The notes under the pieces: generated by a model
Told to the model about the DNA's origin: nothing
Databases searched by the model: none
What the model saw: only the letters and a program-made list of their open reading frames with translations
Made by a program: the position numbers and the translations under genes
NCBI RefSeq assembly: GCF_036321535.1
Contig: NC_087438.1
Coordinates: forward strand, 11,720,001-11,784,000
Length of the DNA: 64,000 nt
Source of the DNA: Camelus dromedarius
Lineage: Eukaryota
Direction of reading: 5' to 3'
Part shown: one piece after another, positions 14,340-28,059 of the stretch
Layout of the letters: each line of letters opens with the position of its first letter
How positions within the stretch are numbered: position 1 is the stretch's first letter

Positions 14340-15000
14340 TCTTATTAATATTTTTCCATGATATGTTATTACAAGATATTTAATATAATTCCTTGTGCTA
14401 CACAGTAGGTCCTTGTTGTTTATCTATTTTATATATAGTAGTACATATATGTTAATCCCAAATTCCCAATTTTCCTAATTTATCCCCTCTCCCCTTTTCT
14501 TCTTTGGTAACTATAGTTTGTTTCCTATGTGTGGGAGTCTATTTCTGGTTTTTAAATAAGTTCATTTGTACCATTTTATTAGATTCCATAAATAAGTGAT
14601 ATCATATGATATTTGTCTTTCTCTGTCTGACTTACTTCACTTAATATGACAATCTCTAGGTCCATCCATGTTGCTACCAATGGCATTATTTCATTCTTTT
14701 TTTATGACTGAGTAGTATTCCATTGTGTGTGTGTGTGTGTGCACGCGCACGTGTGTGTGTACCACAGCTTCTTTATCCAGTCATCTGTTGATAACATTTA
14801 GGTTGCTTCCATGTCTTGGCTATTGTAAATAGTGCTGCTATGAACATAGAGGCTTATGTATTTTTTGAAATAGAATTTTCTCCAGATATATGCCCAGAAG
14901 TGGGATTGCTGGATCATGTGGTAAGTCTGGTTTTAGTTTTTTTAAGGAACCTCCATACTGTTCTCCATAGTGGCTGCACCAATTTACATTCCCACCAATA
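14220..15000 (-). mobile_element. L1 3' portion
   Basis: Antisense ORF2 C-terminus (ORF 14838-15023 LPHDPAIPLLGIY) plus 3' UTR. Confidence 0.9.
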
Positions 15001-16419
15001 TTGCCCTTTTCCCAACCTAGCAATAGTATGTATCAGATACCTAATTCCTAACTGAACAGGTGTTTCAAGGACACAGTGATTCCTGCTTCTCCAGAAACTG
15101 CATCTGTCATGATGGTGAAGCCCCAACAGCAGCATCCATGCCATGGGTTCCCCTGGCTCTGGACAATGAACTCAAGCTGGACGAGTCAGATGATCTGACC
15201 TTGGAGTCTGGACTTTGATTGCAGATGAGAGAATCAGGATTTATCAGTAACCAAGGCAAATAAATGGCAGCACTTCAGAGGAAAGGCCCTGACATTGCAT
15301 TGCAGAGGACCCCAGAGCTACCATGGTCCTCGTACAGGGAAAGGTCCAGTGGGTCAGCTCTTTTTTTGTGTTCCATGAGATACTACCATACACCACATGT
15401 GTTCTATAAGTTCTTCCTTTTTTTTTTTTTTTTTTTTTGCTTAGACTAGTTCTTGATCACTGTAATTTCACTCAAAATAACCTAAAAGAGTGAAATGCAC
15501 TCTCAAAAGTGCTGCTGTCAGTTGCCATGAAAGAGCAGGGTTATTGAGCTGCTGTTGTAAGAACCAAATATGTCCATCTCTTCCCACCCTCATGTTCAGT
15601 TACTTCACATTGATAGCCTGGGCCGGCCAGGGAGGGAGTGTTTAGACCACAAGAACTGATAAATGTTACAATTCAGGGATTTGGGGTTCCCTCCCTTCTC
15701 CCAACAAGAGACTGCGTTTAAACATTTAACAGCACACCACTGATTGAAATTCTAGTTGTGAGTTTCCCTGGTTCCTCTAGTTGTGAATTTTCCTAAAGTT
15801 CATGTAACATTCTGCTTCTCTTTCTTCTCAGAGATGTTGTTAAGGTTTAAACAAGGTAAAGGAAACAAAGATTTTAAACGATTCAAGTATTCAGTAACTT
15901 TTGATAATATAAATCAGACAATTTCAATTAATAGCATTGATTACTAATAACTTGTTTAAGGAGTAAATACTTTGTGAGAACAGGATGTACACTGGACATT
16001 TATAATCTTGACTGGCTTATTCATAACTTGAGGAAATAAAGATAATAAAATAACATTCTGATTATATTATAAAAATAAGTGAGTAAATTCTCCACTCATT
16101 TCCTTTAGCAAACGCAACAAACCCCAGCCACATAGAGGGAGAAAACTAAGTTTGCTTAGTTTTGCTGCCTTTTACTGCCCTCCCTCCTCTTTTAGATGCT
16201 AGGAAATTTTAAGAACTTTTCTCTGAAAGATTAAAAGAATCATCTAGTCTGAAGGTGAAAAAATCAACTGTCAGTATAAGCCATTATTTCTTTATACTTG
16301 TGTAGGAATATATTTTACAAAGTGAATCTATATCCCTTATCTTGTTCAATTTTATTAACATCTATTTTTATTTTTGAGTCCCAATACAACTCTCACCTTG
16401 CCTTCTTTCCTTTACTTAC

Positions 16420-16696
16420 TATAAAATAGAGGTTCTCAGATAAAGTATGGGCTGAATTTCAATTTCGAGCGCAGAGGAAGGATGCACAACTCCTACATTT
16501 AGATCTGTATCTTGGGCTTTGTGCTCTGTGCTCTGAACACTTGAATTACCATCAACTCGGTGTCCCTCACTGAAGATAGATGTTGAATCAGGACAGAGTG
16601 GATATTTATCATTGCAAAAAAATATGCATAAGGTAAGCAATTCGGATAGCTTTAGAAAACAGCCACCAAACAGGTGTTCCTGTTATTTACAGGGTG
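16420..16696 (-). pseudogene. Pseudo-exon
   Basis: Pyrimidine tract ending aag, gtaagt donor; AYLMHIFLQ vs QLLLEKFLQ; ILYLRTS vs LLYLCDS (different frames). Confidence 0.65.
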
Positions 16697-17774
16697 CTTT
16701 TGAGAACATAAAAGAAGGGACAGCCTTTGTCCACTGGGACTGCAGTTGAAGGACAAAACAGGAAATAGACCAACTAAGCAAGTCAGAAATATGAGTCAGA
16801 AGGAAAGCGGGCTTCATGGATGAGATATTACTGACTTTCCATCTCATTTCTCTTCTTCCATGAGTCATCTCGCCTGTCTTCTCCACCAAGGGGGAGAATT
16901 TTACTAGGGGATTAGATTCAAAAGATTTGGTGAAACATAATTCTGAAAGCAAATTTGTAAGAGAGGGATTCTGCTGAGAAAAGCCTAAGAAGAATATGCT
17001 TTTCACACATAAGAAGCAGCCTAAAAAATGTATCGGGTGATGGGGAATGTCAAGGCCTGGAGAGAATGATGAAAAGACTGTATATGTACAAAGGAAAAAT
17101 GAAATTTGCCAAAAACAAAGGAAGGAAGGGATTCATTTCACAGGCAGTTACTTCACGTAACAGAGTATTACGTGTTTATTTGCCAACAATTCAGAATTAT
17201 ATAGCTCTCACGATCCACATTTTCACTTCCACACAAGAATAAAAATTGCAAAGGGAGCCAGAGGCAGAAAGTGATCTTCTTCAACTTTTACCCTTAAAGG
17301 TAATTTCCCCCAACCCCGTTTCAGGTGCCAAATAAATGCTTGCCCACCAAGCCTCCTCCTAGCTCTGTTATCTTTAAACTTTATCTCTGATTTAGAATGC
17401 AAAGCTTTGCTTAGGTAAAGGAATTTCGGGCATCACTGAGCAGTCAAAGAAAGTGTTTTTGCCCAACCTCGTGGAGCCAATTACATATGATCACTGGTGT
17501 ATTTCATTTATTTTTAATTATCTTTTAACTCTTGAGGCAAGCAAAAATATATAACTTGACAATGCTGATAACTTATTGGGGATGAGTATGTGAAATGCTC
17601 AAGATGATAAAAGAATAAGCATGTTGCAAAACTGGATAATTTCATGGCCATTGGCAGAGCTGAGGGCTGGCTATAGAAGATCTTCTCAACAAAAGAAAAG
17701 ACAGATCTCTGCAATTTGGTGATCCTTGGAAACCTCCACAAATACAATCATGACAATTTCTTCCACCCTACATT

Positions 17775-18510
17775 TACTCACTCATTCAACAAACATTTAC
17801 CTAGCAGCTACTCTGTGTCACGCCGCCACGTTCACACTGTATGAGCAGAAACGTTGCCTCCTCTAGAGGATCTCACATTACAGGTAAAGGGAGGAAAACA
17901 GGCAAACAAATACACAAGAAAAATGTCAGAGGGTGACCAGATGCTCTAGAGGTTCCTCCAAGAAGGTAATATGTGCATTAAGCCAATATGCTTGGCAATA
18001 GGAAGCAAGCAAGCGAAGATCTGGGAGGAAGAACGTTCCAAGCAGTGGGAGTGGGTGTCTAGCGTGGCAGGGGCAGACGTGGCTGGAATGTGGGGGTGAG
18101 CGGGGTGGGTGTGAGGCGAAAGTGGAAATGTGAATAGAGGCTCATCATAGAAATTGGGCATTGTGACGGGAAGAGAGATTGGATTTTGCCCTGATTACTC
18201 TGGAAAGCCTTTGTAGGGCTCTACAAAGGGCAGCGATGAGATCAGATTTAAGTTGTTAAAAATCACACTGGCTGCTGTGCACAGGCTGGATCTCAAGGTA
18301 TCAAGAGTGAAAGTAGAGAAATAAATTAAGAAACAATCATGATCACTTAAATGAAAGCTGACAATGGCTTAGATGAGGTTAACAGGAATAGAAACAGTCG
18401 AAGGGGACAGGACACATCTTAGAAGGACCCTCAAGGAGAGCTGCTTATGAATTGGATAGGGACACGTGGAAGGAAAGAAACAATTCATGAATTTTCTGCA
18501 GTGGGCAGCT
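17775..18510 (-). mobile_element. L2 fragment
   Basis: Starts cattcaacaaacattta; purine-rich body. Confidence 0.7.
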
Positions 18511-19330
18511 AGCGAGCCTTGACCTTCCTTGGCGTGTAGCTGCATCACTCTGCTTTCTGCCTCTGTCTTCACAAGCCTGTCTTCACTCTGTGTGTCTGTG
18601 TCCCCTTCTCTTTCTGACGACACCAGTCATGGGATTTAGGCGTCACCCTAATCCAGTACAACCTCATCTTAACTTGATTACGCCTGCAAGAACCCTATTT
18701 CCTCTGGGTGGACAAGAATTTTAGGAGACACTACACAATCCAGTACAGCAGCCAGGGGCCTGCACAGCTCTCCTCAAGGGATTGCTCTCTCTTAGGGAAA
18801 CAGAGTCATGTAGCAAAGGCTCACCCCAGGCTCATGAGGCTCGTGTGGTGATCGGAGCATTAGCAAGAGGTGAGTAGAGGAGAAATGGAACACACTAATA
18901 GCAGATTATATCTCAACTTTGTAGGTGACAGGCAGCATCAGCAAGTGTTATGGCTTAAATTGTGTCCCCCAAATTCACATGTTAAGGCCTTACCTCCCAA
19001 TGTGAGTGTTTGGAGATTGGGTCTTTATGGAGGTAATTAAGGTTGAATGAGGTCATAAGGATGGGGCCTTATCCACTAGAATTGATGCCCTTAAAAGAAG
19101 AGGAAGAAACTCCAGCAGTCTCTCTCCACACTCATACAGAGGAAAGGCCATGTGAGGCCACAGGGAGAAGGTGGCCACCTACAAATCAGGAGGAGAGCTC
19201 ACCCCAGATACCAACCCTGACCACACTTTGATCTGGAACTTCCAGCCTCCAGAACTGTGAGAAAATAAATATGTGCTGTTTAAATGCCCCAATCTGTAGT
19301 GTTTTGTAGCCCTAGGAAACCAGGACAGCA
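18510..19330. mobile_element. Two MLT1 LTR pieces (~18510-18750, ~18945-19330)
   Basis: gaccttccttggc..tgcatcact; tgtgtcccccaaattcac..cagcctccagaactgtgag. Confidence 0.8.
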
Positions 19331-20029
19331 AGTCTTCATTTCAGGAACAATAAATAGGAGCCAAATACCCCACAGACATCAAGGAGAGGTGAGGGAAGAT
19401 CAAGGTATGGTCTGTCCTGGAGACACACGTCTCTTAAATCTTCCTGACAGAGTTTCTGATTTGATTATAAAGAGCTTTCATTAAACAAATACTTATGGCA
19501 TGCTTACTATGTACAAGTCATTAGTTGCATTGCTAAATTTCAGACACTTGCCAAGATCTAGTGGACGTTAGTGGACCTGGGTCTGAAGCCAAAGAGCGAG
19601 TGGCTTTGTTGAGTCACTACGTGCTTCTCCCTTCCTCTACAGTAAATGGAAATAACATCACCTTCTGGTGTCCTGAGTGCAAAGAGGGGAGAACGAAACC
19701 CGTGCTGTGAAAGTAATAGGATATTAACTATTTCTTGATATTGGGGAAAACATATTTTTTTAAAAAAAACTAGTAACCATATTCTAGACACTATAGGCAT
19801 TGTTTCTATGTCATCTCTAGCAAGAAGAACTAAAATTATTTCATCCTCTTCCTTAAGTTTTCTACTTCTTCCTTCATGCTCTAGTCCAAGCCATTTTCCA
19901 TTTAATTACTACATGGGGAATCATTTTGACCCTTGATAACAAGTTTAGAAGCTTCTTGCAATCTGATTTCACAGTTTATATTTACTCTAAGCTCTTCTTG
20001 GATGGGCTCCCTGGAAGAGCATACAAACA

Positions 20030-20600
20030 GAAACCAAGGGGTCACTTTGAAGGTCTGATCTGGTTTAACATCTTTATTGACAACCTGGAAGAATGTGAAA
20101 TTGTCACTGTAATGAAATCTGATTCTAAATTGGGAGTTGTCACTGTGGCAGAGGAATAAATTGAGGAGAAAACCACAGAGTAACTGAAATTCAACTTGGC
20201 AAGTTACAACCGAATATATCTGAGAACTGAAAAAGAATCCAAAACATGAACTGTCAATGGATGAGTGAAGTCAGTCAAATACTAATGTCCTAAAAGACCC
20301 GAGGGTAATGGCGAAGTTAATCATGCACGTGCGAACTCAGATGGGCTGGGAAATGATCGATGCAGTTTTGTACAGCAAATAAGGAGGCAGCGAAAGGAAG
20401 GAAAATGGAGAGGACTGGTAGATGGCATCTAGAACTTGATACTGTATTGGATGTGTTACCACTCGGAAGCTTCTCTCAATCACAGACACGCTGAAGACAT
20501 ATATCAAAGGAAGAGTGGAAGGAGAGGACTGACGTTGGAAAAAGCAAGTTGAATGGCGGATGAAAGCAGATAAATACCAAGTGGCTGCATTCCAAATTAT
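20030..20600 (+). mobile_element. L3/CR1 fragment
   Basis: tggtttaacatctttattgacaacctgga (FNIFIDNL, CR1 RT-like). Confidence 0.55.
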
Positions 20601-20659
20601 TCAACGTTACAGAAAGTGGTGTGCTTAGTAAGTAAGAATTTCAAAACCAGACTATTTCT

Positions 20660-20875
20660 GAGTCTCTCATTCAGCCTCTTGTGTATTTCGCCTTAAGAGC
20701 TGAGAATCTCTCAAAGCCTCAGTTTCTCAGTCTGAAAAAATGAAACAGTAAGAATACTTGATTCTTAGGGTTGTTTGAAGAGTGAAAGAGATAGTGCGTG
20801 TAAGAAATTAGTACAATCCCCAATACACAAGTGTTCAGTAAGTGCTAACCACAATAAGTGACAATATTAATAATG
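20660..20875 (+). mobile_element. MIR
   Basis: agcctcagtttctcagtctgaaaaaatg core. Confidence 0.7.
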
Positions 20876-21336
20876 ACCTACACATCATTAGGTTCCTTTA
20901 CATTAACGTACGTATATTTTGTCACACATTTTTACCCTTTTAGTGATGATTTTCACACGGGAATTTTTCTAGACATGACAGTCAACTTAGAGTTTCCACC
21001 CAACAATTCGATAGCCACTACGCCAGCACAGTATTCATTTTAAGTAGTTCACTGTCCCCCATCACTTTCTCCAGCGCCTAATTCTACCATCTGTCCTCCC
21101 GTATCTTCTTAATCAGAATGGCCCTAATAGCAGTCCTGGATCTCGTGATTTTTTTTAAACTAAGAGAACATGGAATGAGAGCCAGATGGTAAATTTGAGC
21201 ATAACTAGGACAATCACTTTATTTAGCTACAAAAACAAACAAAATTAAACAGTTGTTTCTCCTTTCTATCCGTTGGTTTCCCTGGCCAGATAAGTCCTTG
21301 AACTTTTTTAGATGACAAAAGTTTCCATCCGCTCAC

Positions 21337-21472
21337 CAAGTACAGCATGTCCTTTCAAACTACGGGATATCAAAGAAAGAGCGTATTTTGGTTGTGCCAT
21401 TTTTAAAAGTCCCAGTCGTTGTGTGGCTGTTTTTTATTACCTGTGTCAGGTCTTTTCTCTGATTTTTTTAAG
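21337..21472 (-). pseudogene. Probable pseudo-exon
   Basis: ctccctttgcccttcag acceptor, g|gtgagc donor; no clear homology recognised. Confidence 0.4.
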
Positions 21473-22183
21473 CTGAAGGGCAAAGGGAGACATTATTATT
21501 AAAAAGGTAAATATTTGAAGGGAATTGCAATGTGAACTAAGGGAAACAGAGACGGACAAACTGTGATGACCCCACTGGCTCAGGAAAATTATGTAAATGA
21601 CCAGGTTAAAGAGCTTCTTCCTTGTTGAAGTTTGCAAACTTCACTGCTTCCCAGAGACACGAAGATAATGAAGTGTGTTCCCATAAAGGGCCTTTTCTGA
21701 GGTTAGAGTCTGACCTACCCCCTTGTTATCCAGATCCTACTGTGTTAATTAACCAGAGCAAATTCCTTTTTCCCTTGCAAACTTGTGCTCCAATGGCTTG
21801 ATCAATCTGATAACACTAAAACAAGAACCATTCTAGTCCCAAAGATTTTATTCTGGGAAAAGAAATGAATGACATGAAACTTTCACATACTAGCCCAGAC
21901 ATGTCAATTTCTTTTTTCCAAATTGTACATTTTTCAAGGAGTTTGTAAAAATGATCCAGCAGATTCTGGCAGAGATATTACTTTAAGGTAATAGATCCAT
22001 CATCTCAAACTTTTCTGTGTCATCTTGGATTTTAATGCCATTGAAATAGGCTTTTAGGCTATTTCCACTGAGGCACCAAACTAAATTTAATAAATAATTA
22101 TTAAGAAGCTTGTGGAGGGGGGTTCACTTGATTAGTTTGTCAAACGTCTCCCTTCTTCCCTTAACATAGTATCTTCACATTAC

Positions 22184-22490
22184 CCCTGAGACAACATATT
22201 TTCACATTTACAATACTTTTTTCAGACATTTATTTTTGCCTGAAAGAAATTTTTCCTCAAGAAATGGAAGTGGTACTCTCCTTTTCTGTAAATATAAACA
22301 TTAAAAAAATACCATATTCTACTTTGGAATTCAGTCACATTAACAACACTATTGTTTAGGGAAATATTTTTCCCAACACAAAACTTGCTAATATATTCCA
22401 GATGTGTATCCATTAACCATCCAGTTTTTGGCCTGCAACTGAGAGGTGGCTTGTCTTAGTTCTGTTTGAGATGAATGTTTTCCCAGCTTA
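22184..22490 (-). pseudogene. Pseudo-exon
   Basis: catttctgtttcag acceptor, g|gtaatg donor; NNSVVNVTEFQSRIWY...INV*KKY vs HNFIILNVDLTQNVQY...FSVMKKQ. Confidence 0.6.
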
Positions 22491-22683
22491 CTGAAACAGA
22501 AATGACAGAACGTCAATTTGCTTTTTACTTGTACGCTATGTGTAACAATCAAATAAGCCATGACACAAGGCATATTGAATTCTTCTCAGCTTGGGACATG
22601 CAGGTCACATGTCTCCCTGTTTGAGGCACAGTGATGTGGAACAAAAGATTGGATCCCTCAGGTGGTTTGATAAAGTACCCCAC

Positions 22684-22805
22684 CTGCTCGCCAGGTGTGG
22701 CGAGCACCGTATTTTGGTTAGTTGTTTTATGTCAATCTGGCTTCAGTTTGGGGTAAATAAGATTTCTCTGAGAACTTGTCTGCATTAACTAGTAGTTTCT
22801 TTGGG
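22684..22805 (-). pseudogene. Pseudo-exon
   Basis: Long pyrimidine tract ending ctcag, cag|gtgggg donor; TS*CRQVLREILFTPN*SQIDIKQL vs VSLKHIMQHIEAAPD..LGLRKW. Confidence 0.65.
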
Positions 22806-23021
22806 CTGAGGAAAGCAATCACAAAGAGAACGAAAATGTATTTTTCCCTTACACGTGGTATTTTTCTGAGGTGCATGTTTCTTTTTTTTTTTTTACAAGT
22901 GTTTCGGCTAGATAAAACTAATTGTTGATTTTTCCTATATAGATTTTGTTGAAAAATATTTTGTTCTTCAAGTATCATTTAGACTTCCTTTTGTGGAAAA
23001 ACAAAACAAAAAGCTGTTTAC

Positions 23022-23187
23022 TTGGAAGAAGAGAAGAGTCTTCATGTAGCACCTCGGCTTTGCTTCTGTCTCCATCAATGACCAGCATGATTGCATGCTC
23101 TCATCAGCATTAAGGAGATAAGGTCTCCCAACATCTGCCTCTGGATCATCTTGTCTGGGACAGTTTGGAACATTTACGAACTTCAGT
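23022..23187 (-). pseudogene. Pseudo-exon with DDS-like motif
   Basis: tacag acceptor, gtaaac donor; RQDDPEADVGRPYLLNADES, then (shifted frame) VIDGDRSK, vs RQEELGIKPQDIWPFIVISDDSCVMWNVVD..GERSRE. Confidence 0.75.
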
Positions 23188-23889
23188 CTGTACCAATACA
23201 TGTTATTATGCCTCATATGATTGAATCATACATTTTCTGCTCCGTCAAGGTTATCCAGATATCTGGAGCAAATTCCATTTTGTTGTAAGTAAAAAAGCAA
23301 GCTGTCCTACAATTAGATTCAACAGCACAGCATTAAACGTCTGCTACCTTGGGGGTGTTTTTCACTTTTTAGATTAAAATGCCTGATAAAAACATTTGTG
23401 TATTTTCAGTTGCCATTTATTGCCTGTGACTTAGAAGGCTATTCTCCTAAAATGTCTTGGGTTATGGGAGGGAAAGGTTGGTGACTGTGTCTTGGTTACT
23501 TCCTAAAGAAAATGGGTCCTTTATTTATATCACTAAGCCACTTCTGACTCTAAATTGTTCTGCTTGTAATTGATACATTGTCCTTTAAATGTTTCTACAT
23601 TGTGAGCACTGTATTGCTTTAAAAACAGTTAAAAAGTACTTATGCACCTGGAATTCTGTTCTATGAGGAGGGAAATTAAAGAGACAAAAGAACGAGGAAG
23701 GAAAAAAGCTAGTCCTCAAAGTGTTTAAAGCTCCAGGGGTGAAAAAAATAGAGTTGAAAAAATAGAACACAGTGAAATAAAATGATTAATAAGTGTTGAC
23801 ATTCAGAGTGTAGAGTTAACTGGACATTTGAGGAAGCCAAAATTGCAGGGAACTGGAGACCCTTTCAGGGAAAGGATTCTAGATTTTTC

Positions 23890-24052
23890 AGGATCCCTGA
23901 GCCACCTGCATGAGAACCAGGTGCTCTTACCCATGCAGGTTCTGGGGCCCCATGCCATCCTTGCTGAATCAGAAGAGCTAAAATGATACCCAGGAATTTG
24001 CATATTAACACTTCCCAGGTGATTCGTATGCTCAGCGGAGTCTGAGAGCTGC
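23890..24052. mobile_element. MER5 (hAT-Charlie)
   Basis: ctgaatcagaa..caggaatttgcatattaaca..cccaggtgatt. Confidence 0.7.
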
Positions 24053-24283
24053 TTAAATATTCAGTCCGAAGCCGTGAAAAATAACACCAGCCAGACATCT
24101 ACTTGTCTAGTTGGTCTTTAATTCATCAAATAACATAATCAAATATATGTCTCACTTACCTCTCCCAGGTATCAAAGTGCTCTGAGGGATAAAACTCTCT
24201 GTCATGTAACAGTCCCCTCAATATCTCTCATCTCTCACCTCGACTCCTCCGACAGCCTCCTTGTAGGCATCTCAGCCCCCTCC

Positions 24284-24974
24284 TGTTACTGAAACTCAGG
24301 TCTGGCTGCTCACCTCTCAAATACCAGTACTTGAGAATCTAGTGTTGGTAAAAAGAAAAGTTTGCTTTAATCTGGAGGCTGGCACTCAGGGGAGAGGGCA
24401 GACTCATGTCCAAAGGCCAACTCCTCTCTGCTGATCAGTAGGCAAGAGCTTTTAAAGGGGAGTTTCAGGTGGGGCCCAGGCAGAGGTAGGGGGCTACATG
24501 CGGAACAGCACAGTCAGCCCTGACAGTCACCTTGAGGTCAGCCATGCTAGTGATCTCATCAGTGTCATCTTGATTGTTTTAAGTACGGTTAATCTTCAGT
24601 CCCAGGGTCAGTTTTTTCCCATTTCTTTGAAGACAGTTCTGAGAATTGTGGCAGCTTATGTCATGGCTACAGACTGGTCATCATGTAGTTAACTTTTTCT
24701 ACCTGGTGAGGGTTTCAGTATCAACTAAACAGCTCAAAAGATGTGGCTCAGAATATTATCTAGAGTCCTTGAGGAGGAAATAAGGGTCCTTGACTTTGTT
24801 TAATAACTAGACTATTATTTTGTTCTGCTTGACTGTTTCCTTTTGCTTCTGTATTTCCTTATTTCTCTGATTAAACTTATTCTTTGACTGAAGTTTTTCT
24901 CCAGAAAAGATGCAGGTGGAGGACTTGGGGTGGGTCTGTCCTGGCAAGGCCCCATGGGGTCCTAGTCTGTTTCA
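24284..24974 (+). mobile_element. Solo ERV LTR inserted in an L2
   Basis: TG...CA ends, attaaa near 3' end, flanks ctcc/ctct, L2 on both sides. Confidence 0.7.
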
Positions 24975-26534
24975 CTCTGGTCCAATTACCCAAAGAGTAG
25001 CCAGAAGTTTTTTGAAAAATGAAAATAAGATCTTCTTACTTTCCTGCCTAAAACCCTTCAGCAACTTTCCAAAACCCTCAGAATAAAATTCAAGTATGTC
25101 TCCAGGGCTGCCAAGGAACCCAGGACCGAACCTCTGCCCACCTCCCCTCTCCACTCTCATTTCACACCATTCTCCCCCTTGATTTCTGCTCATCATTTTC
25201 CTGCCACAGATGCCTTCTTTCAGATCTTCAAATACAATAGACCTGTTTCTGCCTGAGGGCTTATGAACCTGTAACTGAATGGGCTCTACTTGGGAGGTAC
25301 AGTCAGAAAGGAGCTTTATTCTTCTCTTACCTCTGTTCCGAAAAGTACTCTATTGAATGGCTCTTAGCTTTTTGCTCATTTTCTAAATAAAAAGATGTGT
25401 TCTCTCCAGCAGTGTGAAGCCAACCCTCTGCTGGGAAACCAGTGCAGATTCCCCAGTAGCCGCACAGGAGAGGGCAGTGCTCAGCCCCTCATTGCCCACC
25501 ACCCTTCCGTTCCATCTCCTCCCCAGGAGCTGGCTCCTCTGTTCGGGGACAGTGAGACGGGATTAGTGGGAAAGCTGCCATGACTGGTTTACCGGCTTGT
25601 GTTGTCTTACTTGATTTGTCTCTGCCTTTCAAATGCCCTCTGTCAAGGCTGACACCCAAGTGTCAGCTCTTCCCTGCAGGGCACACCATACATTCTTCAG
25701 AGACACATCCATCACTGCCTGCCACAGAAGCCTCGGTACAACACTATTCCCTGATGTGAGCATCGCATTCTTGGAGAGGTTATGCAGACCTACGTCCCCG
25801 GCTCCCCCACTCCAGGCACACCCTTGGGATCTCCTTCATTGGCAGGCAGCCTGTGGGTGGGGGTCATCCCAGGCCATGCTGCCTTCCGCAGACCCGACAG
25901 GGCCAGTGGACACTGTCCCACACTGGCGCCCCACCGTGCCCTGGAGCTGCCAGTGTCACCCGGCTGCCCTTTCCCTCCCTTCATTCTACTGTGGACAATT
26001 TCCCCAGCCGGCTTCCTGTCTTCAGACTTTTCCAGCCAAAACTTGGGCAAAAGACTCCTTGTCACTCAAATCCCAGATTCTCCAAGAACTGCCCCTCACT
26101 TTTCTCTGGCAGCAGAGGGTGACCGGTTTCTGAGCTGGCAAGCTCTGAGACAGGAAATAGGATTCCAGTTTTCTCTTCTTTCGAATACCTCCTTCCCCCT
26201 TTAAAAATAAAAAGTGTTCAGTTGCTGCCTCTTGCGCATGACTTAGAGGAAGGATCAGAATGAATTCCCTCCTACCCGTGGAGAAAGAAAAGGGAAGGAC
26301 CACTGCATTTTCTTCCCTGCAAATACACTCAGAACACACTGCTCTCTATGCCTCTAGCCAATTTCATATACACGCTGCTTGTGTAAGTGGCACGTCCACC
26401 TCCTAGGCAGGCCTGTAGGGGATGTTTCCAGTATTTGTCCTTAGAACTGGGGAGATTTTATCACCTACTGCTCTGAGTTTTGAGACTGTAGTCACCCTAA
26501 AAACGAAGCCCTATTCCTTAGGCTGTTCTGTTCT

Positions 26535-27390
26535 GATTGTTTTAGTTATCCATTCCTGGGTAACAAACTACCCCCAAGAGTAGTAACTTGAAACAACACG
26601 TTATTCTTTCTCCCAATTCCGCAGGTTGACTGGCTGTGGTTGGGTGTGTCTTCTCTCCTCTGTCGACTGGGTCCCCTCACTTATTTGCATTCAGCTGGGT
26701 TGAGCTGGAAAGCTGATGCAGTCTTCACTCACAAATCTGGTACCCAGATGTTCCTCCATGTAGCCCCACTTTGTAGCTTGGGCTTCCTGATATAATGGCA
26801 GTTTCAGAGTAGTTGAACTTTTTAAAAGGCAGCTGGCTTCCAAGAGGGAAAGTAGAGGCCACCGGGCTTCTTAAAAGATAGGCTGGGAACGGGCATATCT
26901 CCACATCTGTCACCGAAGGGAAAAAAGGCTTTGCCTCTGGATAGTAGGAGAGCTGTGCCGCTGTAAGAAGAAATTGATGGAAGCCATCTTTGGAGACTGT
27001 TTATCATACCAACCCCTCTGCCTGGAATACTCTTTCCAAAGATCTTGACATGACCTCTGGTCTCCTTCTCTTCATTCAGGTCTCAGCTCAAATGTCATCA
27101 CTGGCCATCATCACCAAGGCCATCCCCAACCCCACCCACCTCACATAACCTGACAGTCACTCTGAGTTTACCTTCTTCATTCTACTTCTTGTTTTTTTGT
27201 TTCTTGTGTATTGCCATTGTTTATTTTACAATATTCATGATTTATTTGTGTATCATCTCTCCTTAACTTCCCACTCCCCACTGGGATGTAAGTTCCCTGA
27301 CAGAAAGGAACTTGGCTTCCTTATTTTCTGCTGTCTCTTCATTGTCTAGAAAAGAGAAAGGACTCAATAACTCTCTATAAATGAATGAAC
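26535..27390. mobile_element. MLT1 LTR followed by L2 3' end
   Basis: taacaaactaccccaag..aacttgaaacaac; ends aatgaatgaa. Confidence 0.65.
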
Positions 27391-27607
27391 ACCTAGCTCA
27401 GTTCTACCATCTTCAAAGTCAGCCGTCAGCAATCGTGGTTGATGGACACAAATGTCTTTATGTTTATCAAAGATTTCATGAGAGAGTAGTATTTTTGGAA
27501 CATTTTTTTAAAAAATCTCTGGAACAGTAAAGAAAATTTTTCAGTGAAAGTTTGGTATAAAATCAGTATTCTGACTCCAATAACACTTTGCTTCTGAATA
27601 AACTGAC

Positions 27608-27767
27608 CTTGGGTTTCATGAAATTTCTTAATTTCAATAAATGGCTAAACAGAATTTTATTTTCCCTGGGTGAAGTCAAGGGAGAATATTCATGTTACAC
27701 CTTTGATTTTCCTTCTCATAACATTTTAATACATTGTCATAAATCAACATCATTAAGGGGACCATAC
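27608..27767 (-). pseudogene. Pseudo-exon, TAGT domain
   Basis: aag|gtcagt donor; ungapped 24-residue match MLIYDNVLKCYEKENQRCNMNILP vs LVVKEYEMAIYKKYWPNHIMLVLP. Confidence 0.7.
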
Positions 27768-28059
27768 CTTAAGGTGAGAACTGACAAAAATTTATGCTGA
27801 TACTTTTATTGGGATAATAATGATAATAGCTAAATGTCTTGAGCACTTGCTTTTTGCCAGGTCCTGTGCTAAGTGTTTCACTTGGACTGACTCTTGTCTT
27901 ATTCTAAGCCTAGTGATCAGAAGGGCCTTCTGCTGCCTGTGTGGCAAGTGTCTATGACGTCCAGGAATATGCCCTTAACAAATACCATCATTTGAACAAC
28001 TTCCCTCCTGATCCTCTGCAAACTCCACAAGAAAAGAGAGAGGTACTATGACATATTAC

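Noticed and set aside
16430..16632. Plus-strand exon-like segment (atag...aag|gtaagc)
   Set aside because: Stops in all three frames and no supported partner exons; the minus strand explains the region better, though an antisense lncRNA exon cannot be excluded
22685..22706. Perfect 9-bp hairpin tgctcgcca/tggcgagca beside a donor site (similar one at 63101-63119)
   Set aside because: Stems this short are expected occasionally by chance in 64 kb
25633..26339. Cluster of overlapping GC-richer ORFs
   Set aside because: Open on both strands with no protein signature; probably an old LTR-like or simply GC-rich patch
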